NCBI GenBank assembly: GCA_003344405.1
Contig: NOWV01000016.1
Span: 496,001-560,000, forward strand
Direction: 5' to 3'
DNA: 64,000 nt
Origin: Trichoplax sp. H2
Lineage: Eukaryota
In this document: piece after piece, positions 40,413-52,670 of the stretch
How positions within the stretch are numbered: the stretch's first letter is position 1
Layout: every line of letters begins with the position of its first letter
Program-made: the position numbers and the translations under genes
Notes under the pieces: model-generated
Told to the model about the DNA's origin: nothing
The model's input: only the letters and a program-made list of their open reading frames with translations
The model's database searches: none

Positions 40413-43400
40413 ATGGCGACCAACGCTGAAAGTCAAGGTTAGTCTACGTGATAAATCGGCTTACAAGCGACGATATATCCAATGATATCGTCAATAAATA
40501 GCCTCTGATGTTATTAAAGGTATCTACTGTTTTCAAATGCTTCAAGGCAAAACATTCATCCAACCGAAGAGAGAAATACTCTCCATGATGGATATGGCCA
40601 AATGGTTGCAATCATCGGTAAATTGTCAATATTTTACAAAGTAGTATCTCTTCAAACTTGTCTGTAGATCTTGTTTTGCTAATTAGGCCACTATCCCAGA
40701 CTTGCATGACCCAGTTTAAAACAGACACGATTGAAAAATGCATTTAACGTCACCAAATTAGGCAATCTTCTTCATTGATTACCATTGATATCAATAGTAG
40801 AATACGTACAACGATGCTACAATCGATACATGCCCACAGTTTGTTATTCTTCTTGACAATGATCAAAATCGTGAAATCTCTCCTTGCATGCAATACAAAC
40901 AGACGAAGAAATCGACTGTAATATCACTTACAGTGTACAGTATGTTATCCCATTACTTATCAAAGGTGCATTTGTAGATGACATTGGCACATGCGAATAA
41001 TAACACCACAGCATTACAGTATTTCATTGCGTCGAGGTATACTATACCCGTATGTACACATTGTACAGCATTGTAGGCAAATTTGTAATTATGTTGCTAT
41101 ATATCTTTTAAATGGTGAATGAGATAGATGTTCCTTGCTATACATTAGGCTTATGCGGAATTACTGGGATTTATACAATCGCTTAATATGGCAATTAGAA
41201 ACAAGAAAATTTCAGACGATTTTCCAAAATCAGAGGTACTTAAGCATCATACAAAGCTGTCCGTAGGGGTCATCTGACTACTTAATAAAATGAAGATTGG
41301 ATTGATATCTCGAGAAGGAAAGAGTAGTATTTTTGTAAATAATCATATAGCTTAATTCTGTATCTAGGCTACCAAACAAATGCTACAGATTCTTGATACT
41401 TTGGATCAATGGACCGAAGAAATTAAGCCAATAGATCAACCTCAACGTTTCGGTAATGCCGCATTTAGGGATTGGCGGAATAGACTATGTGAGGTAATAC
41501 AGGATATTGATGAAAGGTATCGTCTTTAAATTTGCGATTGTCATCATGGAGTTATAAAACTAGAAATAATAAGATCGCAAGATCCACTTGGACCTGAAAA
41601 CGTTATTGAATTTAATTTACATCAACAACTAAAGCGTACTTGCAGGATCATGTTTTAGCTGTTATACAGCCATTTGTGCTCGGCCAGCATATTCTTATCA
41701 TATTTAAATATTTCGATTACACTCGATTAGAAAGCGGATGACTTAATTACCCCATTGTTACCTGATGATGCTAAAGAATCAATAATAGAACTTAAAGCCT
41801 ACTGGAAAGGTATAACCGTAACTGTTGTTGCTCACGTTTTACTCGGATTGCATTCAATATCTTTTATTCATTCTTATTTTCTGTTTCTCATCTATGCGAA
41901 TTTTGTTCTTGAAGAAAGCTTTGGTAACGCTACTAGGATTGATTACGGATCAGGTATGCTTAACTATCAAAACTAAATTTAATTTCTAATTGATTACAAT
42001 TTAAAGACATTGATTAATTAACAACGAATATAGGATTATGAATGTTCATGGATGTTTAAAAAACTATCGTAATCTCGCTTAATAACATCACCATCTTTTA
42101 TAATATGCTATCAAAGGCCATGAACTTTCTTTCGTTGCCTTCCTCTTTTGTTTATGCAAGCTCGAAGTGTTTCATGAAAGCGATTGTTGTTCTCTGGTTT
42201 TACAAGTCTTTAATAGGTTTCTATCACCTTTTATTATCTTCGTCGTTAGTTGAGACCCATACTATATGAGTACTAGTTGTAGGCTTCATTTTTACTTTAC
42301 ACTAGCGTAGTCATAGGTAATTTTTAATGATTATGTCTTGTGTTGACTAGGTACCTTGATGTTGTAAGAAATTTACAATCTAGATATAGAATGGAACCAG
42401 CAGGTAGTCACGGGGTATGGGGATTGGATGATTTTCAATTCCTTTCCTATTTATGGGGTAGTTCACAATTAATAGGTAGGATGAGTGTACCATCATTCGT
42501 GCCTATTATACCAGTTACTCGTCTGACAAAAGCGAACACAATCATTCAAACTCGTATAATTTTGTTAATTATCGTCAGTTTATATTTCATTATATCTTCA
42601 ATGCGTCATGTTATTTAGATCACCCTACGATTCTACCAAAGTCCTTTGTAGACCCAAAGATTTGTCAAGAAAATGCCCACGAATATATGTTTTTAGACTG
42701 CATTAATTTCATTAATAAGGTAATCTTTACATGAATCTAGCGAAAAATATAATATTATTTTAAATATAATAATTAATTATCTATAACTAACTTATCCTGT
42801 AATTATCGTGTATCTTTCAAATTAATAGATGAAAACGGGTCCGTTTGCTGAACATTCTAATCAGTTATGGGGTATTAGTGGTGTACCGTATTGGACTAAA
42901 GTCAATTCTGGCTTAATTAAAATGTTCAAAGCCGAAGTAAGTTGGCTTTACTTTTGTAACTGTAATGTTCATATCATGTATAATTTTTTATAGATCCTTT
43001 AATTATTTTCAGTCAGTTCGAAATTATTCGAACAAGTTTACCAATACCCTTTACCTCAAAGGAACTACTCTACAATTATACTATCATTTAAAATCCTTAC
43101 GTTAGTATTACCGGAAGAGGCGTATAATACTTTAATAGGGTAGGAATAAGATACCACGCTTTTATGAAAATCTACCAACTTTAATTCAATAGAAATAACA
43201 ACAATTACTGATAATTGTATATGTGACACCGTCCTCTACAGTTAGTCAACAATAATAACTTTATTGTACTGTATGACAGTAAATTGATGACCGGATAGCT
43301 ATTACCTATAAATGAAATTGTTTATAATTGTACACCACAGTAGTATATTTAGTAAGTTTCGAAATAATACGTATAGATAGGTCGATATGAATTGCGGTAT

Positions 43401-43710
43401 TCTCTGGGATTTGAAAGCTTACGTTCAGCTATTTATAGATATTACTCTCATTTCTATTCTTAGCTCTTGGCAGATGTATCGTAAACAGTTCAATATTATA
43501 TAATGAATCACAAGCTGTATGACTAGAAAGAAATGCCTACATTAGCATAAAGTATAGAGTTAGATATTCCATTGGAGTGAATTTTTCTCTCTAACTGTAT
43601 TATATTATTATTATTATTTTTAGGTTGTAGGAAAATTTCCTGTAGTGCAACATTTTGTTTTCGGTTCATTGTTATCAATAGCAAAATATGAAGTGCCTAG
43701 GCGTGTATGA
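40413..43710 (+). CDS. PTPA: Serine/threonine-protein phosphatase 2A activator
   Basis: Exons 40413-40437, 40547-40617, 41149-41235, 41368-41493, 41731-41809, 41915-41953, 42117-42216, 42351-42475, 42619-42719, 42829-42936, 43624-43710. Motifs: QRFGNAAFRDW, SFGNATRIDYGSGHE, YRMEPAGSHGVWGLDDFQF, KTGPFAEHS, KFPVVQHF. Confidence 0.97.
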
Positions 43711-45232
43711 TATTTCTTTCTTCGATGAGTCCCCATGTAATAAAAGCAAATTACTGCATATTAAGGATACATTGGTGATTTATGCCAACGGATTTCAATT
43801 GCGTCATCTCTTAATAAAATCACTAATAAACAAACTACCTATCAAAGCGGCGCTCACTACCTAGTTTAGCCTATATCGTCCTTGTATGGGAGTGAGACAA
43901 AAACGAAATTGAAACTGTGTAATACGACCTCGATATTAATCTGTTATATCACTATGCTATCAGAATAGATTACAGTAAAAAGTGGCAAACGTTCTTCATT
44001 TTGCCCAAAAAAGGAACAGACATGAAGCAGTAGTCTAATTTATTTAAATAAGTTTGTAGTGTTTTGTATTAATATTAAGTATGAGTTTCCTTAACTCTGT
44101 ATAACATAATCCAAAACATTTACCCCTTGTCTGAAATAATTCTTTTATTGTACAATAAATTATAAATTAGTTGACAATTCGTTTGCTTTACGTCGGAATA
44201 ATGTTTTTTCCAATTTTTTGGCACAAAAAATAACATTCTTTAATAAGTCATCGTCATATAATAATAACAAATTGCAGCTATACAGTATACAATACTTTAA
44301 TACAAAGTATTGATATAAATTTCTTCATTCAAGAGCTTTGATGAAAGTTGACATTACCTATTGAAGAATAAGTAGTGAGCAACTTCATAATAGATAATTT
44401 TTTTTACAATATCATACAAATACCTTGCTCTAATTTATAGCTAGCATGAGTAGAAACTGTATAGTACAGATAGAAACAAAAAAAGTAGGCAAATATATAA
44501 TGTATATCAAATAAAATGGTTCATTTTGTACCGTTACGGTCAAATATTTCGTTCTAGAAGAATTGAAAATGTTTTCTGTAGCAAAGGTTTTAAATCAGTG
44601 TTGATATAATAGATATTGAGGAGTATTACTACATTTAGTCTACATTCAATGACATGGTATACGAATATTTAGTATTAAAGTATTGATTAATTTAATGGAT
44701 TGTTTAATATAATAATTTATTGCCAACTAAGTACGATATATTAAGTTAAGATTGTTTCTTTCAATACAGAAAATTACTGTATCAACATAGTTTTTATCCT
44801 GCTTCATAAATAGCATAGTAATACCTAATGTAGGATATAGACTGCTCACAGAGCAGTCTTGACCAATTGAAATTATTAACAGTTTGCTACCGGTGCAGAG
44901 TGTTTTTTGATATTGATGATATTTGATAGTATCATGGTATAACCAAACAATGCTTGCAACGTTGCTGCTTAGCGGACAGGACGAAGTGAAGCGCGTGTCA
45001 TTTTAGATCATTTCTTCAGTCCTCCTCTAAGCTAACTTCAAATCTTGTGTCGGCAACAAAACAATATACTATGAAATCTATTGCTGTATTAGCTAGTATT
45101 TTTTATGTCAGTCATTGCTCAATGGAAATGTTGAGTAGGAAGTTCTTTCTACCGTTGAAGCAATTCTTTATCCAACTAGGTTAATTGATGCAAAATAAAA
45201 AAAAAACTAGTGAAGATAGAGTCTATGTTGCT

Positions 45233-45826
45233 TTAAAAAACTTTAATACGCTTTGTGGGTGAGCATAAATCCATGAGTGAATTTTCATCTTTTTCATCTT
45301 CTTCCCGATAGTACTCCAATTCAGTAATTTCAACAGAATCACCGGGAACAACTTGATCTTTATTAACAATGAGTAACTTTCTTTTTTGACCGTTGCAATG
45401 GTCATCATCTCTTAATTTCGGCTGATGGGATGGATTGGCATCATTGTGATGGATATCATCACTCCTTTGAGAGTCTTTCTCTAGTATCAATTTGCTGTCG
45501 TCCGCTACGCTTTCACAATCCATCGACACTGTGGATAAATCTTCCATTCCTTGTTGGGATTGTTGACAAACAGCATCATTTTGGCTTTCATCGTAATCGT
45601 TTGCATGGGCCACTATCGCATTTTGACATGAATTTTTGTTGTCATCATTTCCGATTATCATTTCGTCACTTTCACTGCATGGTGTCGTAGCACAGTATCT
45701 CGCCCGATCTAAGATGGAACTTAATAATAACGTCCGTCTCAATTCGCAACCTTTACGGCTTTGTAAATTCTTGGCAATTTTAACCAGTGAAAGATGTATC
45801 AAATGATTTACATTAACGTCCGACAT
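45233..45826 (-). CDS. Immediate early response (IER2/IER5/IER5L family) protein, intronless, 197 aa
   Basis: The N-terminus NHLIHLSLVKIAKNLQSRKGCELRRTLLLSSILDRAR aligns with the IER domain ([37 protein letters not shown]). It is followed by an acidic low-complexity region, a KRK motif and C-terminal SPTKRIK. First ATG at 45826. Confidence 0.82.
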   Translation of the reverse strand: MSDVNVNHLIHLSLVKIAKNLQSRKGCELRRTLLLSSILDRARYCATTPCSESDEMIIGNDDNKNSCQNAIVAHANDYDESQNDAVCQQSQQGMEDLSTVSMDCESVADDSKLILEKDSQRSDDIHHNDANPSHQPKLRDDDHCNGQKRKLLIVNKDQVVPGDSVEITELEYYREEDEKDENSLMDLCSPTKRIKVF

Positions 45827-46162
45827 GATCAATGTGTATGCTAGAAATCAATGGCGCATAGGATTGATTTGGGCCGGGGGGGGATGCTTGAACTAAACAA
45901 GTAATGTATGAATTGAGAGGAGTCCTGTTGGATTGAAATACAATATTGGAGGAATACAACACGAGTTTAGTAGTGCAAAAACAAGACGATGATGGGAGTC
46001 GATAGAATGATTGGAAATTTTCCTCGTTGGCAAGCCACAACACGACACAAACTCGAATGGCAATCTAGTGACAAGCGTACCCAAGTTGACGTATGGCGGT
46101 TACCCAATCAATGAACACCAGCACGCCAATTGTACCGTCGTCCACTGCTGACGGAATCCGCG

Positions 46163-46197
46163 AACTGTGCACCGACCGGCAAGCTCTTTCTTTTATA
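46163..46197 (-). promoter_or_regulatory. TATA box plus initiator of the IER gene
   Basis: Minus-strand TATAAAAG at 46197-46190, and an Inr-like CAGTT whose A is at 46166, 31 nt downstream of the first T. Confidence 0.7.
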
Positions 46198-46444
46198 TGC
46201 CACGATACGGTACAATACGCGCGTATCGTACTGTACAGTTCGTGTCTTGGGTACGCTGAATGGCTTGAACAATAAGCAAATGTCAATGTCAGCCGCAACG
46301 TCAACCTAGCCAGCTAAAAATAGCACATGGAGAACGGTACCATTACTACAGGAGGTGTTGAAACGTGTTGTGTTTACCTTTTGTTGTACTCTACGCTACA
46401 GTACAGTTAGTCGATGGTTAGGGACTACTTCCACGTTGGCATAG

Positions 46445-47591
46445 TGACGCAACATGACTGCTATTGTGTCTGATCCACCGTAGCGCCGTTGGATGACATA
46501 CAGTATAAAGTACTGTACACTGTAGACGGGTTGACAAGTTGAGGCATGTTTTGCAAGTGAAGCTACAGTACAATACAAGAACCTGTACTGTACTGTACGG
46601 ACAGCGTCGTACCTGTACGGTACGGTACCGCCAAATGCCTTTTGGGCTGATTATCTCCATATATGGCGACGAGTAGTGGAGTAAAAGGCCGCTCAACGTT
46701 GAAAACGTCGCGGGAACGTCAGAACGTTCAATGACTCTACAGTACGTTGAATACTGCAAAGAAAGAAAGGAAATCCTACACTGACTCATGTGATGCATGT
46801 CCATCCTAATTTACAGTACAGTATACAGTACAATACTTGCAGATTGATGTATCATCGATATCACTACTTCCGCACTGTAGCATTATTGTTGACAACAGCC
46901 TCTACTGACATGGACAGACTCCATTGCCAAAATAATGGCTGTAAAAGCTCAACGAGTGCAATAATATTAGTTTAAATCAAAAATATAATCTCCAAATATG
47001 GACAATCTACTGTACAGTATTCTTCATTTCCCAAACAGAGTACTGTACATTACAGTACACTGCACTGTAGATTTGCTTACTCAGCCAATTTCTTCACTTT
47101 GACTTACAGTATTGCTGGTCCTAGCCCCTGACTGGCTGCTTTGGCGATGGGCGGTTACGTCACACCCATGATGACGTAATCGCTCGGCCTTGCCCATCTA
47201 GACTACGGTAGTACTGTTACTGGTGGTACAGTAGTAGTACTTACACTACTCAACTTGTACTAGTAGACTAACTCGCTTTTCACCATGCCATTTTTCAGCA
47301 AAAGAAATCCCTGCTTCTGCGCAGAAATCATTCAAGGGTAATCAACCCAATCCTGTACTGTACTGTCTGTACAGTGTACAGTACACAATCTGTACAGTGT
47401 ACAGTACATAATCTGTAGTTGTACTGTACTGTACAGGCTCACTCGAGTACAGTACAGTACACAATCTGTACAGGCTCACTCGAAAGCAACTCCAACTTCC
47501 ATTGACGAATGACAGCTCGAGCATGAGTCATAACTCATGACATGATTCAACCATCATGAGTCATCTTTCCGAACTTCAACTACTTGCGCAA
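46445..47591. promoter_or_regulatory. Cluster of CArG, CRE/ATF, AP-1 and C/EBP consensus sites upstream of the IER gene
   Basis: CCATATATGG 46657-46666, CCAAATATGG 46992-47001, TTACGTCA 47155-47162, TGACGTAA 47172-47179, TGACTCA 46782-46788, TGAGTCA 47524-47530 and 47557-47563, TTGCGCAA 47584-47591, TGACGCAA 46445-46452. Confidence 0.65.
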
Positions 47592-48635
47592 TGACGGCCG
47601 TCAGCTTGGCCATGGAAGACCAAAGTCTTTCTTCTAGTAGTCCAGGACTTGGCATATTTCCCCATGCTTTCCCTATATAGTTCGTATATGATGCCTATAT
47701 AATGTATCTATCTACCCATGCACGATCCATTTTTCCCTCATTTTCTCACCTATACTTTCATTCTACGACCGTAGTATAAGCACTGTAGTGGATTACTGGC
47801 GTTAAAATAATAATAATCAGTAACATCTACTGTACTTACTGTACTACTGTCGTGTGGAAGCCATGCTATACTAATCATACGTCATCCTCAACAATACTCT
47901 ACTTGTATACTGAATGACTGAATCATTCTGAATGGCCCATTATGGAAATAGGACTCTGATTTACGCACAGATTGTATTGGAATGGAAGGATTTCCCAAAA
48001 GGAGTAGATGGGGTTACAGAAGGATGGAAGATGGATTCTTTCGTCCATAGCGACAGTGGGGGCCAACGTCACTCAATTCCAACAAATTCTCCACTGATCT
48101 ATATTGTACAGTACTGTACTGTACAGTAAGCCGAGTGTATATTCTGTGGGGATGGTGGATTCCTTGAAGGTTAAGCGGCATTTCTTCTAGCTATATAATA
48201 TACGCAAACATTCACTTACTCCAATTTCATGAACAGCAGCATGATATCAGCACATACACGTAGTCTATTGTAGATTGCAAATTGACTCAAAATGATTCAA
48301 TTTCTGAAACTTGATAAAATTACATTTGACCACATGCTGGCCCACGGTGACCGCTCTCTACTGTACCTTTAGCTCAATTCGTTTATCAAGTAGAATATCT
48401 TGGTCCTACATTGCCATAAGCTAGTATGATGAATACAATGGAAAGAAGATTCATCATCTTGGACTTGTATTTATTCCATTTCTCCAATAGCAACCAAATA
48501 AGATCGTGACGGTATGCGTCTATTCAACGATGACATCATACCACTCAGCTACCAATTGAAAACGCGGTATCGTCTCAATTTCGTGCATAGGTTATTTTTC
48601 TCCATCGTCTTCATCAATGCCTTTATTGATTTCGT

Positions 48636-50108
48636 CGTATACTGTAGAAGAAGGTGAATTGAGTGATATGATAGGATGATACTGCATTGCATGATGGAAT
48701 CAATCAAGGTAACACATTGAGTATGAAGAAGATAGAAACATGACAGAGGTAATTCATAACTTATGCTGGCAAGTTACAATAAATCACGGATGGGCAATAC
48801 CGGAAACACATCATAGCACTTTCTCCTAACTTACTCTACAGGATATTGCAAATCTATTTCCATACAACCTTAATTAAACAGCGGTAGAAATGGACACGCT
48901 CAACTAATGTTATTCATTGCCTAATGGTAACATCTAAAGGAATGATAATTAGCAACCTAGTATGGAGCAATATTCCAAATCTAAACAATCTTTTTGACAG
49001 TCAAAACCTCAACACAAGTGCAGTCTCGTTCCAATGTTAGATTATCTAAGTAGAAGCAAACGTTGGCAACAATGTAAGGCCGATATCAAACTATTCCAAA
49101 GTAAAATATTTCTTTACAGACTCGTTAATAGAAAAAAAAAGTAGTTTACGAGCAACGGCATCCGATTAAGAAATCATTCTATGAGGGGAATTCTACACTA
49201 TACCATTTTCAAGTCAGTATCTACATCAAATGTTATACCGCATCGTAGAATAATTTTCAATATTACGACATGTACCGTAATTATTTTCCGCGGTATATTC
49301 AGGCCTAGCATGTGTTTAAAGAGCGCTGAANNNNNNNNNNNNNNNNNNNNCGTATACTGTAGAAGAAGGTGAATTGAGTGATATAATAGGATGATACTGC
49401 ATTGCATGATGGAATCAATCAAGGTAACACATTGAGTATGAAGAAGATAGAAACATGATAGGGGTAATTCATAACTTATGCTTACAAGTTACAATAAATC
49501 ACGGATGGGCAATACCGGAAACACATCATAGCACTTTCTCCTAACTTACTCCACAGGATATTGCAAATCTATTTCCATACAGCCTTAATTAAACAGCGGC
49601 AGAAATAGACACGCTCAACTAATGTTATTCATTGCCTAATGATAACATCTAAAGGAATGATAATTAGCAACCTAGTATGGAGCAATATTCCAAATCTAAA
49701 CAATCTTTTTGACAGTAAATTACGGTACTGTATTGCCAACTTTCTGATAGAAGATTGTCATGCTCGTCAGATTAAAAACCTCAACACAAGTGGAGTCTCG
49801 TTCCAATGTTAGATTATCTAAGTAGAAGCAAACGTTGGCAACAATGTAAGGCCGACATCAAACTATTCCAAAGTAAAATATTCCTTTACAGACTCGTTAA
49901 TAGAAAAAAAAAAAAAAGTAGTTTACGAGCAAGGGCATCCGATTAAGAAATCGTTCTATGAGGGGAATTCTACACTATACCATTTTCAAGTCAGTATCTA
50001 CATCAAATGTTATACCGCATCGTAGAATAATTTTCAATATTGCGACATGTACCGTAATTATTTTCCGCGGTATATTCAGGCCTAGCATGTGTTTAAAGAG
50101 CGCTGAAA
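48636..50108. repeat. Near-identical duplication of about 700 bp flanking a 20-N gap (probable allelic overlap)
   Basis: 48636-49330 is repeated at 49351-50108 with scattered substitutions, a poly-A length difference and an insertion of about 57 nt near 49716-49773. Confidence 0.92.
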
Positions 50109-52670
50109 CAGGTAAAATCATTACATTTGACCTCATAATCCAAAAAATAGCCTAAAAATTGACAGCATTTGTAAATAATTACACATAATAACTTATAGCA
50201 AATCCAAAGCGCTGAATGTTCATACCATAGAGATAAATAAAAATGGACCTGAGTTGCTTCTATGATTCACGTAGAATGTTGTAATATCTTAAATAAAAAC
50301 GAGCGCAATACCATTCATTTCCGCCATATTTCCTACACAAAATGCTGTTGTACTCTTAAGGTTACAAATTTTCCAAGCGATTTTATTTTATGGTACCGTT
50401 AGGATGCAAGCATAGGCAGTTCTTGAAGGCCAACGTCGATTTATCCGATAGCAAAGTGATATTGGTGTACAGATATTTAACAGAAAAAATTGCATCTCGT
50501 AGCACTTCATCACCAACGTTATATAAAGTCAATTCTGTACTGTAGTATAGCATTCCTTAGTCTGCAGCATATATTCGAAATCTTTACATGACCTCGTAAA
50601 ATAATACGAGTATATTTTAAGTAATTTCTTATTACCTAACGGTAGCGGAAATTAGCAAATAATTTACGCCGAGTTTGTTTATTGCAATACTATAGGAGTA
50701 AATAATAACAATCGAAAATGATGATTAATCTCAAAGTCCGGTATGCCATAATATCCTAAATGAAGACAATTTTATCACACTTGCAATAAACTTGGGATTA
50801 TAAATTTTTCTATCGACAAGAAAATGGTTTTCTTTTCGGGAAATTTATATTGTTACTGCTTTACCCTAGCCTTAAGGTGCAAACACCACCGGTAAATTAA
50901 GCCAATACTTCTAGATAAAACATAACATATACATACACAAAAAGTAAACGCTATAAATAACTTTTACATTACCTCACAGCCCTAATAACAACAACGACTA
51001 GAATTGATAGCAAATTGTTTCAAGCTCATTCTTTGTGAATGAGGTTCACATTATTAATATCGCAAAATTATCAGTAAGGTGCTGGGCAATGAGCTAGACA
51101 ATAATAATTGCAATAGAATCAAACGGGATGATGAAGCATCTACTGCTAGCAGTATGGCATAATATCTCCTCCCCCAAAAGACAATCTACCCGCAATTAAA
51201 TATTAAGTGCACAGTACGCTATGATATCACATATTTAAAAATTAGGACTGCCGTACTCCGTTAACCTACTCGTAATTGTATTACTCATCCGAATCAAGGG
51301 CCACTAGATACTTTATATTATATCGTATGGGGCCATAATGGGGCTACTGTTGCATAGAGATACACTCGGCACTGTACTTGTAGAATATCTTTTACATGAA
51401 ATAATACGACTCGTTGCTTTCCCTTGCTATCATAGGACACTGAATGTTCATTTTATATCATCTAATAACTCAAGCAAAGACAGAAATTCGCATTAGATAA
51501 AATCAATCGGTGCTAATCCATGTAAAGTTATATTGATCAATGATAACAATCTAATAGTCATGATTAAGTATGCCGTACTTGATAATGTCTGAAATAAAAA
51601 TAATCTAAAATCAATTTCAATACCACCAATTTTCCCATATTGAGCTACAAATTTTCTCTGGTTATAAGCCTTAACAAAGTAAAACTGATTCTATTTTACT
51701 GGTATGGTAAGATATTAATACTGGTGGCAACTTTTTATGGGTAATATCGGTGTCGCATGTGATAAGACCTTAAATGGCGATAATTCAAAATCAGTAAGTT
51801 ATATTACCACCATCTTTTTGTACATCTAATTGCAATATCCTGTTGATCACAGCTTTAACAATATGAAATCGATTTTATTTTACTGTGATATTACGATGCA
51901 AACGCTAGTGGCAAAAAAAACACTTTGTAAGGTTAGTACAAATTCGTCCCATCAAAAATTAACATTTATGACTAGAAAATGACTGAAAAATAACTTTTCT
52001 TATACAACAGCTTAAGCTTGCATAGCACCCAAATCACCCAAACTAACAAGGATCAACTTCAATTTATATGAGATCGATTCTATTTTCAATGACATTTTAT
52101 TAAACCAGTTTGCTTTCTAGTTATCACGCTATTAGCTTATCGATTAACTTTTCTATGTCTCATCAATCTTCAAGTCATTAGAAGTTCTAAATTACTACAT
52201 AATAGCCTGTACATTAATACAAGCCGTTAAATGCGTCAATTGTGTTAAAATATTAAACTTAATCATAGGATGTTGTTAAAAAGGGCTAATAAATTAAACT
52301 GATCAAGCTATGAATTCACATAGGAGCGAATGAGAATTAACATTTGGCTAAAATGACTTTGATATAATGTCATTTCTGCAATCCTACTACACTCTAATAC
52401 TATACAGTATAAGAAATATATAATGTAATCAATCTTACGATTCTATGATATAGCAGCAGTCAAAGATACATTTAATTGGCATATTCCACTTAAGATATTT
52501 TGTGTAATGTTAAAACAAGCTCGCAGTACGATGGTGTAAATGGACATTGTTTAGAGTAGAAATGCCCTTTCTTAGATTATATGAGTAACCAAAATTAAAC
52601 TTTCATCATATCTTCAGAGAAAAATGTCTACCAATAAATTTATGCGCTGTACTGTATTATTCAATCATTT

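Noticed and set aside
46701-46730. Heat-shock element upstream of the IER gene (aGAAcgTTCa)
   Set aside because: Only two correctly spaced nGAAn units; a third is out of register.
48636-50108. Apparent segmental duplication with twin ORFs MRGILHYTIF...
   Set aside because: The copies abut a 20-N gap and differ like alleles, so this is most likely an uncollapsed haplotype overlap. The ORF has no recognisable features.
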